DNA of 64,000 nucleotides from Hyalangium versicolor (GCF_020103695.1 NZ_JAHXBF010000014.1:108297-172296); one strand, 5' to 3'; positions 1-9,380 are shown, numbered from the stretch's first letter. Made by a program: numbers and translations. Notes: generated by a model not told the origin, from the sequence alone.

Positions 1-580
1 CCTCGTGCACCTTGGTCAGCTCCCGGGCCACGCATGCGCGGCGATCGCCCCAGGCCTCCTGCAGATCCGCCAGCGTCTCTCCCAACCGGCGCGGGGACTC
101 GTAGAGCACAAGCGTGGCCGACAGCTGCGCCACTTCCTCCAGCATGGCGCGGCGCTCGGGGCCCTTGCGCGGCAGGAAGCCCAGGAAGTGGAAGCGCCCC
201 GTGGGCAGCCCGGATGCGCTCAGCGCCGCGACCAGGGCCGTGGCCCCCGGTACCGGCACCACAGACAAGCCACGCTCGAGCGCCTCGGCCACCAGGCGCT
301 CTCCCGGATCGCTGATGCCAGGGCTGCCGGCGTCGGTGAGGAGGGCGCAGTCCTCGCCCGCGGCGATCCGGTCGAGGATGCGCCCGGCGCGCTGGCCCTC
401 GGCGAAGGCGGGCAGGCTCACGGTCTCCGGATTGAGGCCGAAGTGCTCCAGCAACACCCGGGAGTGCCGCGTGTCCTCACACGCGACGAAGGCCACGCGC
501 CGAAGGATTTCGAGCGCCCGGGAAGTCATATCCCCCAGGTTCCCGATGGGCGTGGCGACGAGGTAGAGCGTCCCGGACAT
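1..580 (-). CDS. rsmI: 16S rRNA (cytidine1402-2'-O)-methyltransferase RsmI, C-terminally truncated by the window edge
   Basis: Hand translation of the reverse strand from ATG at 580 gives MSGTLYLVATPIGNLGDMTSRALEILRRV..., the canonical RsmI/tetrapyrrole-methylase N-terminus. It is not in the ORF track because it runs off the window. The 5..991 + ORF is its antisense artefact. Confidence 0.7.
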   Translation of the reverse strand, partial: MSGTLYLVATPIGNLGDMTSRALEILRRVAFVACEDTRHSRVLLEHFGLNPETVSLPAFAEGQRAGRILDRIAAGEDCALLTDAGSPGISDPGERLVAEALERGLSVVPVPGATALVAALSASGLPTGRFHFLGFLPRKGPERRAMLEEVAQLSATLVLYESPRRLGETLADLQEAWGDRRACVARELTKVHE

Positions 581-583
581 GCG

Positions 584-976
584 TCACATCCCCGCGTCGA
601 AGGCGTTCGGAATGTGCTCCACGGAGGCCTTCTCTCCGTGGCCCACGACCGAGACGACGTCGAAGCGCATCATCTTCTCGCGCAGGTCATGCGCGAAGAG
701 ATAGTGCAGCGCGGCTTTCACAACCCGACGCTGCTTGGCAAACGACACCGTGTGGGAGGGATCTCCCCAGACGGCCGTGGAGCGCATCCGCACCTCAACG
801 AAGCACACGGTGTCTCCGTGCTCGGCCACGATGTCCAGTTCCCCATAGCGGCACCTGAAGTTGCGAGCGTGGATGCGATAGCCCCGCGCCTCCAGGAAGC
901 GGACCACCGCCGCCTCGGCCTCATTCCCATACCCCCGCCTGTCCACCGCCGCCCGAGCCATCCGCCCTCCTCCCAT
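584..976 (-). CDS. yraN: YraN/UPF0102 family endonuclease-like protein
   Basis: The 130 aa ORF has the conserved YraN core (GYRIHARNFRCRYGELDIVAEHGDTVCFVEVRMR). Its stop is 3 nt before the rsmI start, the usual yraN-rsmI neighbourhood. An alternative start at M6 (961) is possible. Confidence 0.7.
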   Translation of the reverse strand: MGGGRMARAAVDRRGYGNEAEAAVVRFLEARGYRIHARNFRCRYGELDIVAEHGDTVCFVEVRMRSTAVWGDPSHTVSFAKQRRVVKAALHYLFAHDLREKMMRFDVVSVVGHGEKASVEHIPNAFDAGM

Positions 977-1074
977 CCACCCACGCCCTGAACCGGGAGG
1001 ACCTCTATCACAGGACAGTGGGGCGTGCGCCAGACAGGACCCGTGCGCCTCGAAGCCTCGCGATGTCCTGAGAC

Positions 1075-2241
1075 TCAGGTGAGGGCGGCCGTCGCGTTCT
1101 CCGCGTCATAGAAGCGCCGGGCCTGGCGGATCATGAACCCGTCGGGCATCCACGCGAGCGCCGCATCCCTCACGGCCGCGCGCACCCGGCTGCGTCCGAG
1201 GACGAATCCCCGCATCTTCCCCGCGCTCTCCTGATAGCGGGCGTTGAGGGGCTGGATGGCCGCCTCGTAGCTCGCCAGTGCACGGGGCACGTCCGAGCGG
1301 TGTTCCGCGATCGCCCTGGCGAGCAGATCGGCCCCCTGGATCGCCAGCGCGCTTCCCATCCCCGAGAGGAAGGTGGGACACCCGCCCGCATCCCCGAGCA
1401 GCGCCACCCTGCCCTTCACCACGTGCGGCATGCGAACCTGGGTGATGACGTCGGTGAAGACGTAGCCACGTTCGTCGATGGCCTCGAAGGCCCGCGACAC
1501 GGGAGCGGCGAAGTGACGGTATTCCCGCAGGAGGAAGGCGCGCAGCGCTCCGGGCTCGCGAGACTCGGGCCACTGGCCGACCTCGCCGTGGTAGACGACG
1601 AGCGACACGACGCGAGGGCTCATCGGGAGGAAGATCACCATCTGGCCTCGGCCCAGATAGGCAACCCCGCACTGTAGCTCCAACCCGTGGTCATACTCGA
1701 GGGTCAGGGCGACGTAGTGGCCGCCGAAAGGCACCTCGAGGCCCTTGCCGAAGACGCGCTCACGCGTGGGCGAATGGACGCCGTCCGCGCCCACGAGCAG
1801 ATCAAACGTCTCCGTGCGGCCACCCCGGAAGCGGACCTCGACCCGCTCCCCAGCGGTCTCGCTCTCTTCCACCTCCGTGCCCAGACGCAGCTCCACCTTC
1901 CCGGAGATCGCCTCGTGGAGAGCCGCATGGAGATCAGCCCGCCGGAAGGCGATCAGGCCCCCCAGCTCCCTGTCGAGACTCGCCGTCGAGTCCTCTCGCA
2001 AGAGCCGCCCCGTGGATGTCACGTAGCGGAGGCTGTCAATCGGCGCCTCCCGAGCGCGACAGGCCTCGATCAGCCCCATGCGGCGGATCACCCGCACACC
2101 GTTACCCTTCAAGGCGATGTAGTGCCCGAGCGGTTTGAACTCCCGGGCACGCTCGGCCACCACGGTCTCGATGCCCAGGCGCTCGAGCCAGAACGCGAGG
2201 GCCAGTCCTGCGATGCCTCCTCCCGAGACAAGGACACGCAT
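1075..2241 (-). CDS. FAD-dependent monooxygenase (flavin hydroxylase family)
   Basis: N-terminal dinucleotide-binding motif VLVSGGGIAGLALA, a DG motif (LLVGADGVHS) and a GD motif (ALLGDAGG) typical of PHBH-fold monooxygenases. ATG at 2241 was verified by hand. Confidence 0.8.
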   Translation of the reverse strand: MRVLVSGGGIAGLALAFWLERLGIETVVAERAREFKPLGHYIALKGNGVRVIRRMGLIEACRAREAPIDSLRYVTSTGRLLREDSTASLDRELGGLIAFRRADLHAALHEAISGKVELRLGTEVEESETAGERVEVRFRGGRTETFDLLVGADGVHSPTRERVFGKGLEVPFGGHYVALTLEYDHGLELQCGVAYLGRGQMVIFLPMSPRVVSLVVYHGEVGQWPESREPGALRAFLLREYRHFAAPVSRAFEAIDERGYVFTDVITQVRMPHVVKGRVALLGDAGGCPTFLSGMGSALAIQGADLLARAIAEHRSDVPRALASYEAAIQPLNARYQESAGKMRGFVLGRSRVRAAVRDAALAWMPDGFMIRQARRFYDAENATAALT

Positions 2242-2244
2242 GCT

Positions 2245-2904
2245 TCACCTCCTGTTGGGGAATGCCGGACGCCAGCTCAGCTCCGAGGCGGGTGCGAGCA
2301 GACGTCGTATCGAGTCCACCACCAGCGCCATGTGGCGCAGGATCGCCTCGGGATCTCCGGAGTCACTCCGGGCCAGAAAGGCCGCATCGAGCACCTCATC
2401 GAGGGCTTCGAGCAGCTCCGTGAGCAGTTCGATCCCCAGATCGTCGCGCACACAGCCCAGTTCCTTCCCGCGTCGCAGGAACGCCTGATACACGCCCCGA
2501 CTCTCGGCCAGCACCGATGCGAAGCGCTGGGGAGCCTCGCGGCGCAGGGAGCCCTGGAAGCTGCGGAAGGCGTGGTACTGGGTGGGCCTGGACAGGGCGC
2601 TCTGGCTCCAGCGCCGGGTGAAGTCTCCGAGCTGCTCCCAGAAGTTCTCGGCAGTCAGGGCCTCGAGCGGGACCGGCCCCACATCGCGGAACATCTCCTG
2701 GATGGCTCGGATCAGGACCGTGGCGTACAGGTCATCCTTGTCCGCGAAGTAGTAGTAGAGCGCGCCTTTGCTGAAGCCCGCCTCCTCCAGGATGCGATTG
2801 AGCGAAGCCTCCTCGTAGCCGTGACGAGCGAACTCCTCGGTCGCCGCGTCCAGCAGCCGAGCCTGCTTCTGCGCCTCCAGCTTCTCGAACCGGGCAAGCG
2901 GCAT
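2245..2904 (-). CDS. TetR/AcrR family transcriptional regulator
   Basis: N-terminal TetR helix-turn-helix (LLDAATEEFARHGYEEASLNRILEEAGFSKGALYYYFADKDDLY). The real ATG is at 2904 (MPLARFEKLE). Its stop is 3 nt upstream of the monooxygenase start codon, so the two are probably co-transcribed. Confidence 0.8.
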   Translation of the reverse strand: MPLARFEKLEAQKQARLLDAATEEFARHGYEEASLNRILEEAGFSKGALYYYFADKDDLYATVLIRAIQEMFRDVGPVPLEALTAENFWEQLGDFTRRWSQSALSRPTQYHAFRSFQGSLRREAPQRFASVLAESRGVYQAFLRRGKELGCVRDDLGIELLTELLEALDEVLDAAFLARSDSGDPEAILRHMALVVDSIRRLLAPASELSWRPAFPNRR

Positions 2905-3030
2905 GACCCACATCCTCCAGACCTTGGTCCAAACCATCGTTTAGACCAGTGGTCTAAACGGAGGATTAACCAGGGTGTGGGCCGATTGCAAGCCCCTTCC
3001 CCTCCAGGCCTGGGCAGTCCCCAGCCGCGA

Positions 3031-4983
3031 TCAGATGTTCACGGTTCCCTCGGCCAGCTGCGCCAGGCCGGGGTGGTTCGTCACGAGCAGCACCTGCGTC
3101 AGCGTCCCCAGGTGCTTGAGCATCCGCCCGATGAGCGGCAGCTTCACCTCATCCATGCCGACAAACGGGTGCTCCAGGATGAACGGATACTTCACCCGAG
3201 CGCTGATCTTCTCCACCACCGTCATCCGCAGCGCCAGGTAGTACATGTCCATGTCTCGAGGCGGGATCTCCCCCACCCCGAGTTGCTGGCCCGGCACGTA
3301 CACCGAGCCCAACCCATCCTTGTCCCACTCGACGCCCAGGTAGCGCCGATCCGTCAGGGCGCTCAGGTACTGGGTGCAGCGATCCCGCAGCAGCCCCGCC
3401 AACGTGGACACGTCCATGGACAACAGGTCCGCGGCCACCTTCATCACGATGGGAGACGGATCCTCCATCGGCCCCGAGGGCGCGGCGCCAGCGGGATCCA
3501 TGCCCCCCGCCGCCACGGGAACCGCCCCAGACTTCGCCAGGACAATGGACTCCTTCGTCCGGGAGAGCTCTCGCTCCACCTCGCGAAGATCACGCACGAA
3601 CGAGCCCTTCTTCCCGATGTCCCCGTTGAGCTGCTCGATCTGCTCCTTGATGGCGTCCCGCTGCTGCCCGGCGGCCACGAACTCTGGATCGGACTCCATC
3701 GCCGTGAGCTGATCGCGCAGCTCGTTGAGGCGCTGCTCCAGCAGCCCCTTGCGCTCGAACATCGTGGGGATCTCCTCGGGAGTCTCCACATCGAGCGCCT
3801 TGAGCGCCTTGCGCACCGGCGCGGCCTCGGACTCGAACTCCTCGAGGATCTTCTTCTCGCGCGCGGAGAACATGCCCTCCTTGCTGCGCACGTTCGTCGT
3901 CTTCGACAAATCGTCCACGTACCGCAGCGCCACCATCGCCGCCCAACCGAAGAACGGAATGTCCACGAGCGTCAGGTAGCGCCACGCCGAGTCCACCGCA
4001 GAGCCCAGGATGATGCCCAGCAGCAGGAACAGCACCCCCGCGCCCAACCCCGCCCAGAAGACCGCGCTTTTCTTCAGCGGCTCCACGGCCACGGGGGCCG
4101 CCTGAGCCTCCTGCTCCCGCTCCGCCTGCAGCCGGTTCAGCGCATCCTCCCGGCGGGCCATGGCCCTCGGGTAGCGCTCCACGCGCGTCAGGATGTCGTC
4201 CGGCAGCCCCAGCGACGCGGGCGTAGGCGCGGCGTTCCACGCGTTCTCCGCGTCTCGCAAGGCCACCCGGAGGCCCTCGGTGCTCTTCAGCTTCCGCTCC
4301 ACCTCGAAGAGGTTCGAGTTGAGCCCGTCCAGCTTGAACTGGAGCTCCTCCATCACGCGCGACTTGACGAGCTCCTCTTCCAGCTCCTTGACCCTCGCCT
4401 CGGCCGCGGGGATGTCCTCCGCGGGAGCCACGGCCTGGGTGCTGGCCAGCACGGGCATGGACGGGTTGCTCGACAGTCCATGCATGCCGGGATGACTCGT
4501 GGAGCCGGGCAGCGACGGCCGCTTCAGATCCGGCTTGGAAGTGCGAACCCGCGGCCTGCGCGAAGGCAGTTGGCCCGGAGCCAGCGCGTATACGTGCTCC
4601 CAGGCAGTACGCGACGGAAGGCCCACCTGCGAGCGCAGGAACTGGGCAATCTCCGCCGAGTCCTGGGACACCAGCTCCGGCGGCTGGCCCGGCACCGTCT
4701 GCTTGTGCAGCGATCCCACGCCTCCGAGTTCACGCAGCAGCCGGTACGTGAAGTTGTCCTGGCCCAGCATGGTGAAGGCCGCCTTGCCCGCCTTCTGCCC
4801 CTGGACCGCGAACTTCGCGTCCTCGCCTCGGCCGTCGGCGTACAGCAGCGCCAGCGACAGCGACGCCAGCGGGCTCATCTCACCGCCGGGCGGCTTGAGG
4901 ACGAGAAAGCCCTGCTTGAAGGGGAAGCGGCCCTGCGGGGAGAAACCCCGGACGTTCTGGACGGCGACCTCGGTGAAGTGCAT
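3031..4983 (-). CDS. SMC/YhaN-like ABC-ATPase-fold membrane protein with degenerate catalytic motifs (predicted pseudo-ATPase)
   Basis: The N-terminus (HFTEVAVQNVRGFSPQGRFPFKQGFLVLKPPGGEMSPLASLSLALLY) aligns with the Rad50/SbcC/YhaN head, but Walker A reads PPGGEMSPL with no Lys-Ser/Thr. The C-terminal lobe (YPFILEHPFVGMDE...VLLVTNHP) has Walker-B/H-loop-like spacing with the acidic catalytic residues replaced. The middle carries long coiled-coil-like heptads and two hydrophobic helices (SAVFWAGLGAGVLFLLLGIILGSAV; IPFFGWAAMVALRYV). Confidence 0.6.
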   Translation of the reverse strand: MHFTEVAVQNVRGFSPQGRFPFKQGFLVLKPPGGEMSPLASLSLALLYADGRGEDAKFAVQGQKAGKAAFTMLGQDNFTYRLLRELGGVGSLHKQTVPGQPPELVSQDSAEIAQFLRSQVGLPSRTAWEHVYALAPGQLPSRRPRVRTSKPDLKRPSLPGSTSHPGMHGLSSNPSMPVLASTQAVAPAEDIPAAEARVKELEEELVKSRVMEELQFKLDGLNSNLFEVERKLKSTEGLRVALRDAENAWNAAPTPASLGLPDDILTRVERYPRAMARREDALNRLQAEREQEAQAAPVAVEPLKKSAVFWAGLGAGVLFLLLGIILGSAVDSAWRYLTLVDIPFFGWAAMVALRYVDDLSKTTNVRSKEGMFSAREKKILEEFESEAAPVRKALKALDVETPEEIPTMFERKGLLEQRLNELRDQLTAMESDPEFVAAGQQRDAIKEQIEQLNGDIGKKGSFVRDLREVERELSRTKESIVLAKSGAVPVAAGGMDPAGAAPSGPMEDPSPIVMKVAADLLSMDVSTLAGLLRDRCTQYLSALTDRRYLGVEWDKDGLGSVYVPGQQLGVGEIPPRDMDMYYLALRMTVVEKISARVKYPFILEHPFVGMDEVKLPLIGRMLKHLGTLTQVLLVTNHPGLAQLAEGTVNI

Positions 4984-5091
4984 GCGCGCCCCCCATCCTA
5001 GCGCACAAAAGCAGAGAGGAGCGTCCCGGAACGGACACTCCCCTCGATGCTGAGAAGTCTGTGAAAGTGGGGCCGAGAGGACCCCGGGAGA

Positions 5092-5484
5092 CTAGGCCTT
5101 GGGGGCCTTCTTGCCCTCGGCAGAGGCCGGAGTGACGTCCTCCTGGACGTCCACGCGGGACGCCTTGCCCTTGAGGTTGCGGAGATAGAAGAGGCGGTTG
5201 CGGTTCACGCTGCCGCGCGAGAGGATCTCGATCTTCTCGTAGCGGGGGCTGTGCAGCGGGAAGATGCGCTCCACGCCGACGCCGAAGGACACCTTGCGCA
5301 CGGTGAAGCTGGCGCGGTTGTTGCCCTTCTTCTTGCGGATGACGACGCCCTCGAAAGCCTGGACGCGCTCCTTCTCACCCTCCTTCACCTTCCAGTGAAC
5401 CCGAACCGAGTCGCCGGTCCGGAAGTCGGCCAGCTCCTTGCGCAGGTGCTTGGCTTCGACGTACTCGATGGCGCTGTGACGCAT
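5092..5484 (-). CDS. rplS: 50S ribosomal protein L19
   Basis: MRHSAIEYVEAKHLRK...VQAFEGVVIRKKKGNNRASFTVRKVSFGVGVERIFPLHSP aligns with bacterial L19. The tracked ORF (to 5562) has a 26 aa N-terminal artefact, so the ATG at 5484 is used. There is a short Lys/Ala-rich C-terminal tail. Confidence 0.85.
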   Translation of the reverse strand: MRHSAIEYVEAKHLRKELADFRTGDSVRVHWKVKEGEKERVQAFEGVVIRKKKGNNRASFTVRKVSFGVGVERIFPLHSPRYEKIEILSRGSVNRNRLFYLRNLKGKASRVDVQEDVTPASAEGKKAPKA

Positions 5485-5621
5485 GACGGACTCCAGAAAT
5501 CTTGTGGTGCGTAAAGACCAGTAAGAGGGGCGCCTAGTAGCAGAGAGAGGCGAGTCGGACAAGTCCGCAGATCATCCGGTGTTTTCCGCCCTGCCCCTTC
5601 CCGGAGGTCCAACCCCCAGCG

Positions 5622-6356
5622 CTACAGCTCTTCCTCCCCCCGCGAGAGCAGCTTCTGGTCCGCTGGCCCGACTTCCAGGCGGGCGAAGAGGTCCGGCCGG
5701 CGCTCCTGGGTGAGCTTCAGGGCCTTCCAGCGCCTCCAGCGGGCGATCCGGGCGTGATCCCCGGACTGGAGCACCGCGGGCACCTCCGCGCCCCGGAACA
5801 CCGGAGGCCGGGTGTACTGAGGGTGCTCCAGCAGTCCCTCCTCGAAGCTCTCGCTCACGTGGGACGCCTGGTTGCCCAGCACCCCAGGGAGCAGCCGGGC
5901 GACCGCATCCACCACCGCCAGCGCCGCGATCTCCCCACCCGTGAGGATGAAGTCTCCCAGGGACAGCTCGCCGTCCAGGTATGTCATCACCCGCTCGTCC
6001 ACGCCCTCGTAGCGGCCGCAGACCAGGATCAGGCCCGCCGTGTGGCTGACCAGCTCGCGCGCTCGCGCCTGGGTGAAGGCAGGGCCTCGGGGGCTCATCA
6101 GCAGCACCTTGGCGCCTGGGAGCCGGACCCGCGCCGCCTCGATGGCCGCCACCAACGGCTCCACCTTCATCACCATGCCCGCGCCGCCCCCATAGGGCGT
6201 GTCGTCCGTGACGCGGTGCTTGCCCTCGGCGTACTCGCGGATGTCCGTGGCGGAGACGGACAGCTTGCCCCGCTCCTGCGCCTTGCCGAGGATGCTCTCC
6301 CCCACGTACCCGGACACCATGCCCGGAAAGAGCGTGAGGATCTCCACCGGGTACAT
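5622..6356 (-). CDS. trmD: tRNA (guanine37-N1)-methyltransferase
   Basis: Full-length TrmD signature (ILTLFPGM..., [21 protein letters not shown]). The start ATG overlaps the rimM stop as ATGA at 6354-6358. Confidence 0.9.
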   Translation of the reverse strand: MYPVEILTLFPGMVSGYVGESILGKAQERGKLSVSATDIREYAEGKHRVTDDTPYGGGAGMVMKVEPLVAAIEAARVRLPGAKVLLMSPRGPAFTQARARELVSHTAGLILVCGRYEGVDERVMTYLDGELSLGDFILTGGEIAALAVVDAVARLLPGVLGNQASHVSESFEEGLLEHPQYTRPPVFRGAEVPAVLQSGDHARIARWRRWKALKLTQERRPDLFARLEVGPADQKLLSRGEEEL

Positions 6357-6877
6357 CAGCGTTCCTCCTCGAACTCGGGAGGCTTGATGACAATCCGCCC
6401 TCCCGGCACATCCACCGAGGGCACGAATTCATCGGCGAACGGGACGATCACCTCGGGCTTCCCAGGGCCGCGGATGACCAGGTTGGGCACCTCGCTGGTG
6501 GCCCAGATCTCCACCACCTTGCCCAATTCCTGGCCGGCCTCGTCCACGGCGGTGAGCCCCACCAGATCGCCCTGGAAGTACTCACCGTCAGCCGGCGGCT
6601 CAAGATCCTCGCGGTAGACGAACACCTTGGAGCCGACCAGGCCCTCGGCGTCCTCCCGAGTCTCCACCCCCTCGAAGGCGACGATGTCCTCCTTGGGGGT
6701 GGGCCGCAACGACTCGATGGCCAGATCGCGCTCCTGGCCCGCGCGGGTTCGCACCCGCACCCGCTCGACGGCGGCGAGCGTCTCGGAGCCCGGATCAAAC
6801 GGGCGCACCGCCACCTCGCCCCGGATGCCATGGGCCCGAGCCACATAGCCAAGCTCCAGGAGAGGCGAGGGCGTCAC
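6356..6877 (-). CDS. rimM: 16S rRNA processing protein RimM
   Basis: RimM N-terminus ([23 protein letters not shown]) and PRC-barrel C-terminus. It has a GTG start overlapping the upstream KH-protein stop (GTGA) and sits at the conserved position between rpsP/KH and trmD. Confidence 0.85.
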   Translation of the reverse strand: MTPSPLLELGYVARAHGIRGEVAVRPFDPGSETLAAVERVRVRTRAGQERDLAIESLRPTPKEDIVAFEGVETREDAEGLVGSKVFVYREDLEPPADGEYFQGDLVGLTAVDEAGQELGKVVEIWATSEVPNLVIRGPGKPEVIVPFADEFVPSVDVPGGRIVIKPPEFEEER

Positions 6878-7167
6878 TGGGCGTCAGGGGCGGGAGGTGC
6901 CACGGGAGCCGCCACCGGAACCGGTGCGGCACGCCGATCGTCGAGGATCTCGAGGCGAACCTTCTGCCCCTGCTTCTGGGCCGCGGCGCTCAGCAGCGTC
7001 CGGAGGGCATTCACGGTCCGCCCGTCACGGCCGATGACCTTGCCGACGTCCTCGGGGGCAACCTTCAGCTCATAGAGCCGGGCGCCGTCCACCTCGGACA
7101 CGCGCAGCCCCACCTGGTCCGGTTGGTCGACCAGGGCCCGCGCCAGATAAGTAAGGAGTTGCTCCAC
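6874..7167 (-). CDS. KH-domain RNA-binding protein (YlqC/UPF0109 family)
   Basis: KH GXXG core (VGKVIGRDGRTVNALRTL) plus a Pro/Ala-rich tail. It sits at the conserved rpsP-KH-rimM position. Confidence 0.75.
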   Translation of the reverse strand: MEQLLTYLARALVDQPDQVGLRVSEVDGARLYELKVAPEDVGKVIGRDGRTVNALRTLLSAAAQKQGQKVRLEILDDRRAAPVPVAAPVAPPAPDAQ

Positions 7168-7187
7168 GTCCGGTCAGGCCAGCTGAC

Positions 7188-7445
7188 TCAGGCAGTGGGG
7201 GGCGTGGCCTTGGCCGCGCGCTTGATGAGGTCAGCCACCGTCTCAGAGGGCGTCGCGCCCGTCTTCAGCCAGTACTCCAGCCGCTCCTTGTTGAACTCCA
7301 CCTTCGGGGGGCTCAGGTTCGGATCGTAGGCGCCCACGGCCTCGATGAACTTGCCGTCCCGGGGGTTCCGGGAGTCGGTGGCAACCACGTGGTAGTACGG
7401 CTTCTTCTTGGCGCCCGCGCGGGCGAGACGGAGAACGACGGCCAT
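7188..7445 (-). CDS. rpsP: 30S ribosomal protein S16
   Basis: MAVVLRLARAGAKKKPYYHVVATDSRNPRDGKFIEAVGAYDP is canonical S16. There is a GGAG Shine-Dalgarno 9 nt upstream of the ATG at 7445. Confidence 0.9.
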   Translation of the reverse strand: MAVVLRLARAGAKKKPYYHVVATDSRNPRDGKFIEAVGAYDPNLSPPKVEFNKERLEYWLKTGATPSETVADLIKRAAKATPPTA

Positions 7446-7476
7446 TGAACTGACTCCAGTGAAAACAACCGGTAAC

Positions 7477-7513
7477 GAAAAATAAAGGAGGGGCGCGCTA
7501 TTAGCGTCCCTCC
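7477..7513 (-). terminator. Intrinsic (Rho-independent) terminator downstream of rlmN
   Basis: On the transcribed (minus) strand: GGAGGGACGC-uaauagc-GCGCCCCUCC followed by UUUAUUUUU. That is a 10 bp GC-rich stem with one G-U pair and a 7 nt loop, starting 10 nt after the rlmN stop. The U-tract ends about 30 nt before the rpsP ATG. Confidence 0.55.
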
Positions 7514-7523
7514 CTCGGGATTG

Positions 7524-8669
7524 TCAAGGAAGCTCGGGAGCTTGCGTTGCCTGCGAGGCAGCCTCCCCGCTCCTGTTGGCAAGCTGTCCACAGGCGCCGG
7601 CGATGTCTCGGCCCCGGTTCTGTCGGATGAAGGCGGCGATGTGACCGTCAGCGAGGATGGCGCGGAAGGCCTCGGCGCGCTCCTCCATGGTCGTGTGGAA
7701 CCCCAGACCCGGGTTCTCGTTGTAGGGAATGAGGTTCACCTTGGCGGGGATGTCCTTCAACAGCTCGATGAGCCGGAAGGCGTCCTCGTCCGAGTCGTTG
7801 AAGCCCCGGAGGAGCACGTACTCGAAGGTGATGCGGCGGCCCTGGCGCAGGGGGAACTTGCGGCACGCCTCCAAGAGCGCGGCGATGTTCCACTTGCGGT
7901 TGACGGGCATCGTCTTGCTGCGCTGCTCGTCCGTGCTGGCGTTGAGCGAGATGGCCAGCTTGACGTCCGTCTCCTGGCCGAACCGCTCGATCATGGGCAC
8001 CAGGCCCACGGTGGAAACGGTGATGTGGCGATGGGAGAAGTTGGGCCCGTCCTCGGACTGGAGGATGGAGAGCGCCGTCTTGAGGTTCTCGAAGTTGTGC
8101 AGCGGCTCGCCCATGCCCATGAACACCAGGTTGCTGAGCGGGCGATAGGTCTCCAGGCCCTCGAGCTGGCGCACCTCGCGGTTCACCGTGTGCACCTGGG
8201 CGACGATCTCACCAGGGGTGAGGTTGCGCTTGAGGCCCAGGGTGCCCGTCATGCAGAACGAGCACGCCATGGCGCAGCCCACCTGGGTGGAGACGCACAG
8301 CGTCTTCCGATCCTCGGAGGGCATGTAGACGGACTCGATGTAGCGCCCGTCCCGCGTCTTGAAGCGGTACTTGATGGTGCCGTCCACCGAGCGCTGCTCG
8401 AGATCCTTCACGAGCGGGACGATCTCGGCGCGCTCCTTGAGCTTCTGGCGCAGCACCTTGGACAGGTCCGTCATCTCGTCGAACGAGCGGACGCCGCGCT
8501 GGTGGATCCAGCGGTAGACCTGCCCGGCGCGGAACGCGCGCTCGCTGAGCTGCTCGGTGAGGAAGCGGGTCAGCCCCTCCAGCGTGAGGCTGGACACGTC
8601 GACGAGCTTCGCCGGCGCGGGCGCAGGCAGCGGCGTGGTGTCAGGAGTGGCGACAGAGGGCTCGGACAT
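7524..8669 (-). CDS. rlmN: 23S rRNA/tRNA m2A methyltransferase RlmN (radical SAM)
   Basis: Radical-SAM CxxxCxxC (CAMACSFC), an RlmN/Cfr-family C-terminal Cys (GQLANRS...AGACGQL) and the conserved MGMGEPL motif. Confidence 0.9.
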   Translation of the reverse strand: MSEPSVATPDTTPLPAPAPAKLVDVSSLTLEGLTRFLTEQLSERAFRAGQVYRWIHQRGVRSFDEMTDLSKVLRQKLKERAEIVPLVKDLEQRSVDGTIKYRFKTRDGRYIESVYMPSEDRKTLCVSTQVGCAMACSFCMTGTLGLKRNLTPGEIVAQVHTVNREVRQLEGLETYRPLSNLVFMGMGEPLHNFENLKTALSILQSEDGPNFSHRHITVSTVGLVPMIERFGQETDVKLAISLNASTDEQRSKTMPVNRKWNIAALLEACRKFPLRQGRRITFEYVLLRGFNDSDEDAFRLIELLKDIPAKVNLIPYNENPGLGFHTTMEERAEAFRAILADGHIAAFIRQNRGRDIAGACGQLANRSGEAASQATQAPELP

Positions 8670-8890
8670 CTGCGGTTTCTAACGGGAGGTAGAGGGGGGA
8701 GCCTTCCCACATCTCGGGGCGGCAAGTCAAAGGCGCGCTCGCTCTGCTGCTAGGACTCCAGGTGAACTACATCGGCGCCCCCTACTCTCCTACGAGCTCC
8801 TCTCGCCGGCTGAGCGCCCGCAAGCACACGGCCCGGCCCCACGCACGAGGCGCAGGCACCGGGCCGCATGAAGCCGAGCAAGCGCTCTGC

Positions 8891-9334
8891 TTACTTCTTG
8901 CCCTGGTACTCGTACGAGTGGATCTCGGTCTCGCGGAAGAAGTAGGCGACCTCGTTCTTGGCGTTCTCGAGGCTGTCCGAGCCGTGCACCGTGTTCTTGT
9001 CGATGCTGGTGGCGAACTCCTTGCGGATGGTGCCCGGGGCGGCGTTGGCCGGGTTGGTGGCGCCCATGATCTCGCGGTTGGCGGCCACGGCGTTCTCACC
9101 CTCCAGCACCATGAGCACCACGGGGCCGGAGATCATGAAGCTGACCAGGTCCTTGAAGAAGGGGCGCGCCTTGTGGACGGCGTAGAAGCCCTCGGCCTGC
9201 GCCTGGGACAGGTGCTGCAGGCGGATGGCAACGGGCTTCAGGTTCTTCTCCTCGAACTTGGAGATGATCTTCCCGATGATGCCCTTCTCCAGCCCGTCCG
9301 GCTTGATGATGGAAAGCGTACGCTCGATGGCCAT
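8891..9334 (-). CDS. ndk: nucleoside diphosphate kinase
   Basis: [14 protein letters not shown]...NTVHGSD with the catalytic His loop. The length (147 aa) is typical. Confidence 0.9.
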   Translation of the reverse strand: MAIERTLSIIKPDGLEKGIIGKIISKFEEKNLKPVAIRLQHLSQAQAEGFYAVHKARPFFKDLVSFMISGPVVLMVLEGENAVAANREIMGATNPANAAPGTIRKEFATSIDKNTVHGSDSLENAKNEVAYFFRETEIHSYEYQGKK

Positions 9335-9380
9335 GTGTCTTCGGTCCTCGTGAGTCTTGAGTATGTGAAAGGTGGAACAG

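Noticed and set aside
5-991. 328 aa plus-strand ORF at the window start
   Set aside because: It is antisense to rsmI and yraN, which have clear family motifs, and its product is a low-complexity Arg/Gly/Ala/Pro protein. This is a typical high-GC antisense artefact.
1687-5001. 1104 aa plus-strand ORF
   Set aside because: It is antisense to the TetR regulator, the monooxygenase 5' end and the SMC-like gene. Its composition is dominated by Arg/Leu/Gly/His with no motifs. The opposite strand carries recognisable domains.
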